Origin: Candidatus Hydrogenedentota bacterium
Lineage (GTDB): Bacteria; Hydrogenedentota; Hydrogenedentia; Hydrogenedentales; SLHB01
Direction: 5' to 3'
Assembly (NCBI GenBank): GCA_963668025.2
Contig: CAXXTH010000010.1
Location: 192,001 to 256,000, forward strand
Length of the DNA: 64,000 nt
The notes under the pieces are model-generated. The model did no database searches and was not told where the DNA came from. It worked only from the letters and a program-made list of their open reading frames with translations. A program made the translations under genes and the position numbers. This document shows positions 47,074 through 57,800 of the stretch, piece after piece; positions within the stretch are counted from its first letter, which is position 1, and each line of letters opens with the position of its first letter.

Positions 47074-47982
47074 TTATTCGTTTTCGGAAGAATCCTCGAA
47101 TTTTTTGCAGAGCTTACGGAACTGGCGCGGGCTCATCTTATCCATTTTGCGGAAGGCCCGGCCCATTTCTTGCGCAGTGCCAAATCCGGTGTATTGGGCG
47201 ATACTCGCCAGCCTTTCTTCCGTTTGAGAGAGCCAGTACTTTGCACAACTGAGCCGGATATTGCGCAAATACTCGAACGGCGTTAATCCGGTTTCATGCT
47301 TGAACACCCGGCATAAATGGGGGCCGACGACGCCAGCTTGCCGGGCAAGATCATCCAATGTGATGTGCTCCGCGAAATGTTCTTCCATATATCGTTTCGT
47401 CACCACAACATGCACATGTTCACGGGCGGTTTGCTGTGTTTCCGCGGCCTGCCGATGCAGCTCAACCAATGCTTGCGCCAGTTGCAGGGAGCCTGTTAGC
47501 GTTTGCCGTTCGTCATCAAACAACAATTCCGCGGCCGATTGAAGCAGTGTTTGTACATGCTTGGCCGCCGCAGGCTCCGGCGTGATCACTTTTGGAAGGT
47601 AGCTGGGGTCCAAATCGGGATAAAGGAATTTAATGGATAAATGGACCATGTTGCTGCCGGGTGCGATGTTGAGCTGATGAGGCGTTTGAGGCGGCACGAA
47701 ATAAAATGCGTTTTTAGCGATGGAATAGAGGCGGTTGCCAATCATATACGTGCCTTGTCCATCTATAAAATGGTCGAGGTGGAATAGGCATTCATGTTCG
47801 TGCCTGGGCAGTTTGCGCACCACGTCCCATTGGCGCAGTTCAATCAAATCAATCACCGGCAATGCGCCTTCCAGATGGGGCAGTGAAACGGCTTGTTCTG
47901 TACGCTCGGTAAGTTGCGGGCGCGAAAAACGAAGCAAGCGCATGACGGGTGTTTTTGTTTCATTGGCGCGGTTAATTTTCAC
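47074..47982 (-). CDS. AraC family transcriptional regulator (paralog of 31611-32519)
   Basis: Shared LPVIDLIELRQWDVVRK, AAELLFDDERQ and MEEHFA.HITLDD segments. Confidence 0.92.
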   Translation of the reverse strand: MKINRANETKTPVMRLLRFSRPQLTERTEQAVSLPHLEGALPVIDLIELRQWDVVRKLPRHEHECLFHLDHFIDGQGTYMIGNRLYSIAKNAFYFVPPQTPHQLNIAPGSNMVHLSIKFLYPDLDPSYLPKVITPEPAAAKHVQTLLQSAAELLFDDERQTLTGSLQLAQALVELHRQAAETQQTAREHVHVVVTKRYMEEHFAEHITLDDLARQAGVVGPHLCRVFKHETGLTPFEYLRNIRLSCAKYWLSQTEERLASIAQYTGFGTAQEMGRAFRKMDKMSPRQFRKLCKKFEDSSENE

Positions 47983-48191
47983 GAGTAATCCGGCTCCTAC
48001 TGCTATTATTGGTGATTTGTCTAGGCTTTCGCTCTATTCGCATCGATTCATATCTTAGGGCTTGTGGGGCGATTCGTCAAAAAAAACATGGTCATGAGTG
48101 TTGCCCCACCACTCAATGGAACGGAATACCAATGTGCTACTGTACTGTCTATATGCTGTTTTCTTGCGAAGATTTTGCATAGAATTCAAAT

Positions 48192-48378
48192 CATATCAAA
48201 TAGTTACGGGATATGTTTTCCGCCCTGATCGGTGGGGCAAGCCCCACCCTACAACTCGCATGGGCGAGACGCCCATGCTACGGGAGTTGCAAATAGCATG
48301 TTAGAGGATATATTCGCGTTCATTCGCGTCCATTCGCGGTAAAAAACGAAACACTTTGGTTGCGGCTCTGCCGCGCTG
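48192..48378. repeat. mosaic repeat: IHF-like box, two GTAG-REPs, ATTCGCG module
   Basis: 48230-48280 matches the reverse complement of 59252-59302 with one mismatch; other modules shared with 17352-17593. Confidence 0.85.
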
Positions 48379-48472
48379 TGTATTTTGTGGCCTCAAAATC
48401 CGCTTATGCGAAAGGGGCAGTCTATATATTTCACCAGAAGGCACGAATGCTCTGAGCGAGGTATAACCGCGA

Positions 48473-49561
48473 TCAAAAAACCTGGTTTTCTCCTAAGCTC
48501 TCCCGGATGTGCATATAGGAGGTGAACCTCAATGGGGCGATCTGGCCTGCTTCGTACGCTTGGCGCACTGCGCAGTCTGGTTCTTTCCCGTGGGAACAGT
48601 CCCGGAAGCGGCAATGTGCGGTAAGAGCGGCGATTTCTGGGAAATACACATCTAGCTCGCCGGGCGATACGCCCCACAATCCGAGCTGGCGGATTCCGGG
48701 CGTATCAATGATCTGGATGCCGCCTTTCAGGTGGTAAAGCCGGGATGCGGAAGTGGTATGCCGGCCCTTGCCGGTGATTTCGCTGACGCCTCCCGTATCC
48801 AGTTCGAGATCCGGCTCGATGGCATTCAAAAGCGAAGATTTCCCCACGCCGCTTTGGCCTGCCAGCACGCTGGTCTTGCCTTCAAGTGCCGCACGAAAAG
48901 CATCGATTCCCTCGCCTGTTTGGCAGCTCGAGCGTATCACCGGCAAACCCAAGTCTTCATAATTTCGTATGGACTCCGGTTCCGCGCCGGGCAAGTCGCT
49001 TTTATTTAGGCATAATACGGTGGACACGCCTCCGAACTCGGCTGCAATAAGATAACGGTCCACGACGCCCGGCTTAAATCGTGGCCGTGTTTTCGCCGCT
49101 ACGACCACCAACTGGTCTATATTGGCCGCGAAAACCTGCTCCCGCTGGCGTTCGATGGCCGGGCGGCTCAGCTTGGTGTGGCGCACGCGGACAGCAATAA
49201 CGATGTTTTCGCCGTCCCGTTCTTCGATTACGACCCGGTCGCCCGGTGCGAGGAAGGATGTCTTCCCATCCGTCAACGCTTCTTGCACCCGGCAAAGGCG
49301 CTCTATTCCGTCTACTTCCACGAAGGCCAGCACGCCGTATGGAGACACCACTAGGCCATTGGCGGGTCCTTCTGTAAAGCAGGCGGCGCAATCGAAGCTC
49401 TCTTCAACGGGCGCGCCCACGCCTGTTTCACGCCCACGGACGCGGCGCGGCTCCCGCGACGCCGTGTCTACATCGTGTTCGGCGTCCCATGCCCGTTTGC
49501 GTATCCGTTTGCGTTGTTTCCCTTTACCTTTTGCCATAAGTGATAGTTCGTATTCCTCCAT
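48473..49561 (-). CDS. rsgA: ribosome small subunit-dependent GTPase A
   Basis: NKSD, GQSGVGKSS, GRHTT, DTPG, CRFRDCSHGKEPDC zinc finger. Confidence 0.96.
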   Translation of the reverse strand: MEEYELSLMAKGKGKQRKRIRKRAWDAEHDVDTASREPRRVRGRETGVGAPVEESFDCAACFTEGPANGLVVSPYGVLAFVEVDGIERLCRVQEALTDGKTSFLAPGDRVVIEERDGENIVIAVRVRHTKLSRPAIERQREQVFAANIDQLVVVAAKTRPRFKPGVVDRYLIAAEFGGVSTVLCLNKSDLPGAEPESIRNYEDLGLPVIRSSCQTGEGIDAFRAALEGKTSVLAGQSGVGKSSLLNAIEPDLELDTGGVSEITGKGRHTTSASRLYHLKGGIQIIDTPGIRQLGLWGVSPGELDVYFPEIAALTAHCRFRDCSHGKEPDCAVRQAYEAGQIAPLRFTSYMHIRESLGENQVF

Positions 49562-49705
49562 CTTTTATCCGTTTTCACTCGCATGAGGATAGCATATCTG
49601 TTTCTAGGTTGCTGTTTATTAAACGAGCAGTTCCTGCGGCGCTATCGCGCCATAGCGGCGGCAAATGCGGCGCAGGCTTTGCCCATGGTTATACATGCGA
49701 GCAGG

Positions 49706-52048
49706 TCATTTTTTGCTCTTGGGTATATCTGGGTACAGCAAGTCGCGGCACTCGGGGCAGATCGAGTGGGTGAAGCGCGCTTCGGAATGGGCGGAGATAT
49801 ACAGTTCAATGCTGCTCCAATAACCTTGATCATTGCGTATTTTTTTGCAGTTGGCGCAAATGGGCAGGAGGCCTTGGAGCGTGTTGACCTGGGCAAGGGC
49901 TTCGCGTAATTCACCTATCAGTTTTTCCCGTTCGAGTTCAGCCTGTTTGCGCGCCGTAATATCTTCGATTATGCCGTCAATGGTTTCCGTGTGGTTTTCT
50001 GGATCTTGAATGATGGAGGCGGTTATGGATGCCCAGAGCGGCGTATGGATATCCCGTTGCATCAGCACTTCTTCCCGCACAACGCTTCGTTCGGCCTGGA
50101 GCTTTTGTAGAAACCGCACGCCATCGCTGGGCTCATGGAAATACCGGCCATCACCGGCGGCCAGCACAACCCCCATATCACTCGCGCCGAACATGGACTC
50201 GATAGCGGGATTGGCGACCGGATTCCCCCCCTCTGGGGTGATAGGAGCACGAAAGATGCCTACAGGCAGGTTTTGAACCAGGTCGCGATACCGCTTTTCG
50301 CTGGCGCGCAAGGCCTTTTCGGCAGCTTTGCGGGCAGTAATATCACGGACGAACGCCCAAAAGCCTTTCGGCTGGTTTTCTGCATCGCACATCAGGTAAA
50401 CCTGCACCTCGACCGGGAAAATAGTACCATTCTTGTGATAATACGTTTTTTCGTAAATTCGGGAGTAGCCGCGCGCGAGCACTTCGTCTCGCGTGATGGC
50501 CCTCTCCATGTCGTACCATTCGGGCGGTGTCAGTTTTTCGTACGAAACCTCGAACAGCTCTTCTTCTGAATATCCAGTCATCTCCAGAAAGGCGGGATTA
50601 AACTGGGTGAAGCGACCTTCCAGGTCCGTGGAGACCAGCCCATCCAAGTGGTTGTTGTATAAAGTCCGATATTTATGCTCAGACATCCGCAGTGCGGCTT
50701 CGGTTCGAGTGCGCTCTTTGATTTCTTGCTGGAGCTGATTGTTGGTTTCGGCCAGGCTTTGGGTGCGTTGGGCCACCAAACTCTCGAGTTCTCCGCGGTA
50801 GCGGCGGAGCTCTTCTTCCCGAAGCTTGTGTTCCGTGATGTCGCGCCAGAGGACATAAAGCACTTCACGCCCGTGCAGGGAAATGAGGGTAAGCGAGACA
50901 TCGGCGGTGAATAGTTCGCCATCCATGCGTTTATGCAGCCACTCGAAACGATGAAAGCCGCGTTCGCGGGCCAGTGCGATCATTTCCAGGGCTTTTTCTA
51001 GTGAGTTTGCACCATCAGGCTGCATTTCGGGGGAAACCGAGAACGGTGTTAACTGCATGGCTTCATAGCCGTTTGGAAGATGGAGCATTTGCGCAGCCGA
51101 TTCGTTGCAATCGGTAAATATACCATCATCGAAAATGAGGATAGCGTCATCCGACCGATGGAACACCTCGAGGAATTTGCGTTCGCTTTCTTGCAAGCGC
51201 TCGATTGTCTTGCGATGCTCCGCTATTTCTTCTTGAAGCTGAGAGAGTGTCACGCGCAGCCGGCTGGTCATCGTGTTAAACGCGCGGCCCAGATCGCCTA
51301 ACTCGTCGTAGCGTTTCACCGGAGCGTCATGCTCGAGATCGCCGCCCGCCACCCGGTTAGCGGCATTAGTCAGTTCCATGAGGGGCGTGGCGAAGGCATG
51401 GCCCAAAAAGCGTCCGCAAAATATGGACAAGAAGATGACTACGCCAAAAGAGCATACTGCCGCCGCTAGGTGGGAAAGATGGCGTTTGCGGGCGAAGGCG
51501 GTGTCGATAGATAATTCTATCGCCACTACGCCTTCTTGTTTGCCGTCGGCGTCCAGAATGGGAGCATATCCGCGCAGCCAATCACCATGTGCGTCGTGAT
51601 AATAATTTGGCGCTACAGTAGGTTTAAGAATAGTGGCGATATGCGCCTCAAGCCAGTCGTCATCATATTCACGCCCTGGCAAGGCGCCTTCGGAGGTATT
51701 TTTAACGCCTGTAACCGCATGAACTACACGGCCATCCGGGGTTTCCCGGTATGTGCCCAAGAACCGGAAGCTGTTTCCTTTTTTTTCTTGAATCTGGTTC
51801 AGCCGTTTTTGAGTTTCGTGGTAGGCGGGAGTTTGAGCATCTTCAGGCTCATCAAAGGCCGCATGCGCCGCCGCATCAATTTGCAGGGCTTGCACGGCTA
51901 CGACATCGAGCAAGCGGTCGCACAGATCCTGGCGTATTTCGGCTCGAACATATGCGTACAACGCCGCAGCCAGCAGCGAGGCCATAAGGATGGCCAGCCC
52001 CGCGAAAAAAAGACTCAGTTTGGTGGCGACGTTGAGCCGGGCTATCAT
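49706..52048 (-). CDS. membrane sensor: periplasmic domain, HAMP, three PAS domains, C-terminal CxxC...CxxC domain
   Basis: Two TM helices, DELGDLGRAFNTM, three PAS domains ending RDIT/EDIT, tail LLPICANCKKIR...FTHSICPEC; no kinase or GGDEF domain. Confidence 0.85.
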   Translation of the reverse strand: MIARLNVATKLSLFFAGLAILMASLLAAALYAYVRAEIRQDLCDRLLDVVAVQALQIDAAAHAAFDEPEDAQTPAYHETQKRLNQIQEKKGNSFRFLGTYRETPDGRVVHAVTGVKNTSEGALPGREYDDDWLEAHIATILKPTVAPNYYHDAHGDWLRGYAPILDADGKQEGVVAIELSIDTAFARKRHLSHLAAAVCSFGVVIFLSIFCGRFLGHAFATPLMELTNAANRVAGGDLEHDAPVKRYDELGDLGRAFNTMTSRLRVTLSQLQEEIAEHRKTIERLQESERKFLEVFHRSDDAILIFDDGIFTDCNESAAQMLHLPNGYEAMQLTPFSVSPEMQPDGANSLEKALEMIALARERGFHRFEWLHKRMDGELFTADVSLTLISLHGREVLYVLWRDITEHKLREEELRRYRGELESLVAQRTQSLAETNNQLQQEIKERTRTEAALRMSEHKYRTLYNNHLDGLVSTDLEGRFTQFNPAFLEMTGYSEEELFEVSYEKLTPPEWYDMERAITRDEVLARGYSRIYEKTYYHKNGTIFPVEVQVYLMCDAENQPKGFWAFVRDITARKAAEKALRASEKRYRDLVQNLPVGIFRAPITPEGGNPVANPAIESMFGASDMGVVLAAGDGRYFHEPSDGVRFLQKLQAERSVVREEVLMQRDIHTPLWASITASIIQDPENHTETIDGIIEDITARKQAELEREKLIGELREALAQVNTLQGLLPICANCKKIRNDQGYWSSIELYISAHSEARFTHSICPECRDLLYPDIPKSKK

Positions 52049-52265
52049 GGATTTATGTCACCTGTTCCGTGTAATTTGCCAACCTTATGTTTACATACGC
52101 TAGGCGACATTATGGGTGCGGTTATCCCATAGTTCAAGGTGGGTGTTTGTTTTACGTTGCATGGAGTTGCATGCGGAACGGGAGAGATGCACTATACATT
52201 ACGATGGCGGGAGCCACGGCGGCGCGTTGCGCTAATGCTGGAACGTGTTATAGGAAACGAAACCC

Positions 52266-52661
52266 ATGAACCATACGGGAAGGCCGGAAAGTAAGAAGGA
52301 ATATGCTATTCAGCTTCACCTTTTGCTGGATGAGGCGCAAGCCCATATTCGCACGCATCCCGAGAAACGTGAAGCGGTTCTTGAACGATTGCGCAAGGAT
52401 ATCGAGGATTTGGACGAGGCATATGCGGAAGCCAATTATGAGCAAAGCGCTCACTTTGAAGAGGAAACCTATTTCCAAAAAACGGGCGTCCGGCGTCCCT
52501 TCGCCCAACTGCGCCATTTCCTGCGAACGCGTGTAGCGGAGTTGCGTGCTGGCCGGGTCTCGACTATTTTGCGGCTAAGCCCCATTGAAAAGACGCTTCT
52601 GGATGAAACCGCCCAGCGGTTTATTGACAGCGGCCAAGGCGATGACAAATTGATGACATGA
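52266..52661 (+). CDS. hypothetical protein
   Basis: 131-aa helical ORF adjoining the next gene. Confidence 0.55.
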   Translation: MNHTGRPESKKEYAIQLHLLLDEAQAHIRTHPEKREAVLERLRKDIEDLDEAYAEANYEQSAHFEEETYFQKTGVRRPFAQLRHFLRTRVAELRAGRVSTILRLSPIEKTLLDETAQRFIDSGQGDDKLMT

Positions 52662-52678
52662 TTCATATGGAGAGTGTA

Positions 52679-52993
52679 ATGTCCAAAGTGCGGGTTGATG
52701 CGGGGATTTGCGGGTTTGCCACCACGATTACCGCAAGTTCGGTGGATGCGCAGCATATAGATTTGGTATTCGATTCATTATGCCCGCATGTTGTCCAGGC
52801 GGCTCAGGAGTTGACACATGCGGATGCATATGCCGAGTTGTTTGTAAAGCCCCATGAGTCGGCCATATACCAAACGCTCTCGAAGCACCTGCCGCATTCT
52901 GGCTGCCCGTTGTATTGCGCTGTCTACAAAGCAATAGAAGTGGCGGCGGGACTGGCCCTTCCACGAGATGCTTCCATCCATATCGAAAAATAA
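52679..52993 (+). CDS. small Cys-containing protein (DUF6951-like)
   Basis: VDAGICGF, SLCPHV, HSGCP...KAIEVAAGLALPRD. Confidence 0.7.
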   Translation: MSKVRVDAGICGFATTITASSVDAQHIDLVFDSLCPHVVQAAQELTHADAYAELFVKPHESAIYQTLSKHLPHSGCPLYCAVYKAIEVAAGLALPRDASIHIEK

Positions 52994-53014
52994 CCAAGCA
53001 AGTCTAGAACAAAT

Positions 53015-53647
53015 ATGGATAATGCTGCTTCTGAATTCTTACTACAAAGGATGAATATGCCCGATCCGCGAACAGAGAAATGTGTGTTGCGCGCCAAGAT
53101 GCGGGCGGCCAGGCGGGCGTTGCCGCCAGAAGAATATACCGCACGGAGCCAGGCGGTAGCCGAAAGGCTGGTGGCATTGCCGGAATGGCGCTTGGCCCCG
53201 GCAGTTCTTGCGTATGCCGCATCGAAAGACAATGAGGTGGACACGCGCCCGATTGTTGAAGCGCTTCTGGCGGAAGGACGCAGTGTATACACACCCATTG
53301 CCGCAACGGATGGAATGATGCAGTGGTCGCGATTGGCCGCTTGGGGAGAACTCGAACCGGCTCGTTTTGGGATTCTCGAGCCCAAGCCCAACTGCCGCCG
53401 CATTGAGCCGGTTCCGGAGGGGAGCCTTGCGCTTGTGCCGGGCCTTGCCTTTACGCGCAACGGATACCGGATTGGTTTTGGCGGCGGCTATTATGATGTG
53501 TTCCTTTCGCATTTCGATGGTTTTTCCGTTGGGCTGGCGTTTGATATGCAACTGTTGGATTCGCTTCCCATAACGGAGCATGACCAGCCTGTAGACGCCG
53601 TAGTGACGGAAACGGCGGTGTATTACCAGTGTAAAGACAAGGGCTAG
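53015..53647 (+). CDS. 5-formyltetrahydrofolate cyclo-ligase
   Basis: EVDT, FGILEP, LVPGLAF...RIGFGGGYYD, HDQPVDAVVTE; start uncertain. Confidence 0.92.
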   Translation: MDNAASEFLLQRMNMPDPRTEKCVLRAKMRAARRALPPEEYTARSQAVAERLVALPEWRLAPAVLAYAASKDNEVDTRPIVEALLAEGRSVYTPIAATDGMMQWSRLAAWGELEPARFGILEPKPNCRRIEPVPEGSLALVPGLAFTRNGYRIGFGGGYYDVFLSHFDGFSVGLAFDMQLLDSLPITEHDQPVDAVVTETAVYYQCKDKG

Positions 53648-53709
53648 ATTGTACATGGCATGGCATTTTTATTGGCCCGTTTAGTTACAAGCAAGAAGAG
53701 GGGATAGGG

Positions 53710-54219
53710 ATGGATATGCGGCGCTTTTTATTGTTAAAGACCGTATGGATTGCACTCGCGTTATTAACGATCTGTGCGGATATCATCACTGGCCCTTATA
53801 TTCAGTTTCCGATACTTTTTCTTATCCCGATCTGTGGAGCCGCTTGGTTTGGGCATCCCAGGCTGGCATATGGCATGTCATTGATTATGCCGATGGCGGC
53901 CGCGGAGATCATCATGCCTGGGGTGACAGGTGTTTGGACTCTGCCTATTATTATTACAAATACGGTGGTACGTATGTTTGTATTACTGGCATTCTCGTAT
54001 ATGCTGAGCCGCATTGCCGAGCAAAACCGTTCGCTGGCCAAGGAGGTCAAATTGCTGGAAGGCCTTTTGCCTATTTGCAGTTTTTGTAAAAAGATCAGAA
54101 AAGAGGACGGTTCTTGGGAACAAATTGAAGCATATGTTTCTCATCGCACGGATGCGCGGTTTTCGCATGGCATATGCCCAGAATGCGCAAAAACGAATTA
54201 CCCCGACATTTTCAAGTAG
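53710..54219 (+). CDS. four-TM membrane protein with C-terminal CxxC...CxxC domain
   Basis: TM helices followed by LLPICSFCKKIR...FSHGICPEC. Confidence 0.8.
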   Translation: MDMRRFLLLKTVWIALALLTICADIITGPYIQFPILFLIPICGAAWFGHPRLAYGMSLIMPMAAAEIIMPGVTGVWTLPIIITNTVVRMFVLLAFSYMLSRIAEQNRSLAKEVKLLEGLLPICSFCKKIRKEDGSWEQIEAYVSHRTDARFSHGICPECAKTNYPDIFK

Positions 54220-54348
54220 TTGCGTGTATTCTTTTGTGTATTCTTCCTACAAGCCTGGAGTCAATCTCGTTTCGTTCAGATTGGCCTGCTGGAATTGGTT
54301 TTGATGCAGTCGTGTATATAGTTTTTTTAACGGATAAGGAGAGGTTTC

Positions 54349-54795
54349 GTGATTTTAGATTTAGTGCGAAATTGGCGTTCATATGCGTGGCCTCATTCCG
54401 GTTTTGAGGCGGCGTTTGCGTTCATCGAATCGGTGGAGTCTTCGCTGCCTGATGGCAAATATGCCATTGATGGCGAGAATGTGTATGCGATGGCGCAGTC
54501 GTATGAAACGAAACCGGTTAGCGAGAAGGGATTTGAAGCCCATCGGGTGTATGCGGATATTCAGCTTCTGCTGGCGGGCCAGGAATCTCTTTTATGGGCT
54601 CCTGAATCAACGCTGGTGGAAACCACGCCCTACATATCCGATGTGGCGTTTTACGCCATGACGCCCAGCGCCTCGCAGGTTGTGCTCGAACCGGGACTAT
54701 TCTGCATGTTGCGCCCCCAAGACGCTCATGCGCCGAGTCTGGCGTATAAAGCGCCATGCGCGGTGCGAAAAATCGTGGTGAAGGTGCGTGTCTAA
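54349..54795 (+). CDS. YhcH/YjgK/YiaL (NanQ-like) family protein
   Basis: DGKYAIDG, FEAHRVYADIQ, PQDAHAP, RKIVVKV. Confidence 0.9.
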   Translation: MILDLVRNWRSYAWPHSGFEAAFAFIESVESSLPDGKYAIDGENVYAMAQSYETKPVSEKGFEAHRVYADIQLLLAGQESLLWAPESTLVETTPYISDVAFYAMTPSASQVVLEPGLFCMLRPQDAHAPSLAYKAPCAVRKIVVKVRV

Positions 54796-54825
54796 ACACC
54801 CGCTTCCTTGTGGAGAAATAACAAT

Positions 54826-57800
54826 ATGGACCCCGAATTGAGCAGCACACGACATTCACCTCGCCAGAAGGGGCGTTTATGGTGGTGGGCCGCCGTGGGC
54901 GCGGCGGGTTTTGCTCTTTTCCTTGTGCTATATCCGCGCGCGTTTCCCGAAGCGAAGATGGATATCCGCGTGGGTCGTGCGGAAGCGCTGGAGCTTGCAC
55001 GCAGCTTCCTAGACGCGCGTGGATACGATCTTACCGGCTGCCGCGAGGCGGTATGTTTCTCTGGAGATGAGGATAGCAAGAGCTTTCTCGAGAAGGCGCT
55101 TGGCTCGAAAGGAGCTGAGCGCCTGATGGAGCGTCCGGTCAACATTTGGTATTGGTTCTGCCGCTTTTTCACTCCTGGCCAGGAAGAGGAATATCGAGCG
55201 GCTTTTTCGCCCCAAGGCGGGCTGGTGTATTTTTCCCACATCATTCCAGAAACCGCCCCTGGCGCATCCGTGCAAGAATCGGAAGCCCTGGGCGCCGCCG
55301 AATCGTTCCTGCGGGATGTGGTTCATCAAGACCTTACACAGTATGACCGTATCGGCGGTGAGCAGATAGAGCGGCCCAACCGTTTGGATTATAGGTTCAC
55401 GTGGAAGCGCCGCGATATCGATGTCGATGGGGCGACATACCGATTCTATGTCGCCGTGCAAGGGGATGCGGTGGGGGGATATGGCGAGCATCTCGATATC
55501 CCGGAAACGGCGCAGCGCCAAATGGCCACCGAGGCCGCGCGGCGGGGCGCTCTGATGCAAGCCGCCGGATTGATGAATTACGCCCTCAATATCGCGGTGG
55601 CCGTGGTCTTTTTCCTTATGCTGCGTTTCGGCCATATGCGCTGGCGCTTTGGCGCCGCGGCGGCATCGTTGCTGGTGGCGCTTATCGCATTGAGTTACAT
55701 TAATAACTATCCTTTATCTTGGCTGAGCTATCCTACTACCCAGTCGGAACGGGCCTTCATAGGCGGGCAATTTCTTGAGTTCGCAGGTTCGGCGCTCTCC
55801 ATCTTTCTGCGCATCGGCCTGCTCGCCATGGCCGCCGACGCCTTGGGCCGTATGGTCTTCCCGAGGCGGGCCCCTGTCTCCTTGCTGTTCTCCCCCCAGT
55901 TATGGCGTTCCCGCGAGTTCATGACGGCATGTATCGTAGGCGGCGGGCTGGCGATGCTTCATGCGGCGTATGTGTCCATATTCTATCTTGCAGGCGAGCA
56001 GGTGGGAGTCTGGGTGCCCCTGGATTGGCCGTATAATGAGTTGCTGAGCACGCCAATGCCTTGGCTTGAACCCCTTACCACGGGCTTATGGGCGGCCCTG
56101 CGCGAGGAACTGCTCTACCGCTTATTCGCCATCGCCCTGCTGCTACGGCTCACGCGTACGCGCTGGCTCGCGGTCACGCTTCCCGCCATATTGTGGGGAT
56201 TTTTGCATAGCAATTATCCTCAAGATCCCATCTATATTCGCGGTTTGGAGCTCACCTTGGTGGGCGTGGTTTATGGCATGGTGTTTTTACGGTATGGCTT
56301 TTTCGCCACGTTTATTTCCCATTACACCTATAACGCCTTGGCGTCGGGCCTCGTGCTGGTGCGCAGTGAAAACCTATATTTCCGCATTTCTGGGATTGTG
56401 GTGATCGGGCTTATGTTTCTGCCTGCGCTTCCGGGGCTTTGGGCACTTATGCGCGGCAGGCGGTTGCTGGATGCGGAGGCCCTTATTACATCGGAACAAG
56501 ATACGCCGCCGCACCTGTTTGGCAAGCTGAATCTGGCCTATTGCATATGCACGTATGCGCCATATAAAGCCCTATCTCGCCGCGCCCTCCGCATCGCGGC
56601 TGTCTGCGCCATCGCAGGCGCGGTTATACTGGCGCTTATTCCCATCCAGCCGCCCCGTTCGTGGCCGATTTTCGAGGTGAACCGCTGGCAGGCCGGGCGC
56701 ATCGCGGACAGCTACGCCGAGTCGCAAGGCATACCGGTGAACGAATACCGGCGGGTGATTCATGCCGTTGGCGCACCTGATTTCCTGGATGAGGAATCGA
56801 ACGAATGGGATTACTTGTACCAGCATGCATCACATGAGGAATATGAACGCCTTGTCCGCGATTATATGCAAGAGCGCTTTGGATGGAGCGCCTATTACAT
56901 GCGCCCGGGAGATCCGCAGTCGTATGGCATTCTAGTGTCCCGTGATGGCCGGGTTGAGAGCATGAACAGCACCCTTCCGGAAGAAGCCCCCGGCGCGCGC
57001 TTGAGCGCGGAAGAAGCCCAATCCATCGCGGAGGCCTATTTGCGGGATGTGCAGGGTATCGATTTGGCGCAATACCAGCTTGCGACAACCAGCACCCGCG
57101 AACAGCCAAACCGGACCGACCACTATTTCTTTTGGGATAGCGTTCAGGAGCGCGTGGCGGACGCCCCTTGGCGGCTCGGCGCATGTGTCCAAGGCGATGC
57201 GGTGCGGATGTATTATCCTCCCGAATTGAAAGTGCCGGATGAATGGCTGCGGCTGCGCAGTGAAGAGCATCTGCGCGACAAGCTGCTGCAAGGGCTGGCG
57301 ATGGCGCTTGGAACCCTGTTGGTTTTGGGCGTCTTGTTGTTATGTGTCCGTTTTTTCATGTTGCATACCTTGGATTGGCGCGTGACCATGGCGGCGATGG
57401 CGCTGGTCTTTGTTGTCTGGATGGCGATGTGGCTGAATGCGCTCCCTGTTTTTTGGGAAGGAGCTTCCCCAAACACGCCGCCTATGCTGTATGCCTTTCA
57501 AAAGCTGTCCGGCGGCGCACTATCGCTCTTTGGGGCCGTTGCGGTCTCGGGCGGCCTTGCCGCATTCTGTGATGCGGCTTTCCTCCGTGCGTATCCGGGC
57601 GTCCATCCCCTCATGCATTGGTTCGGCGTCTCCTGGCAGCCCGATGCGCCGGGCGCTCCGCCGTCCCGCCTGCCCTTATGCCGGGCATGGGGCGAGGCCA
57701 TTGTAACCGGGCTCTCGCTTGCGCTGGCCCTGGCGGCGGCGTTTTACGTGGTTCAAGCCGTGGAGCGGGAGATGCTCGCGCCGATGCTGGCCTCTTTCGA

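Noticed and set aside
52994-53060. 6S RNA upstream of the 5-formyl-THF cyclo-ligase
   Set aside because: The intergenic space is too short; the upstream DNA is coding.
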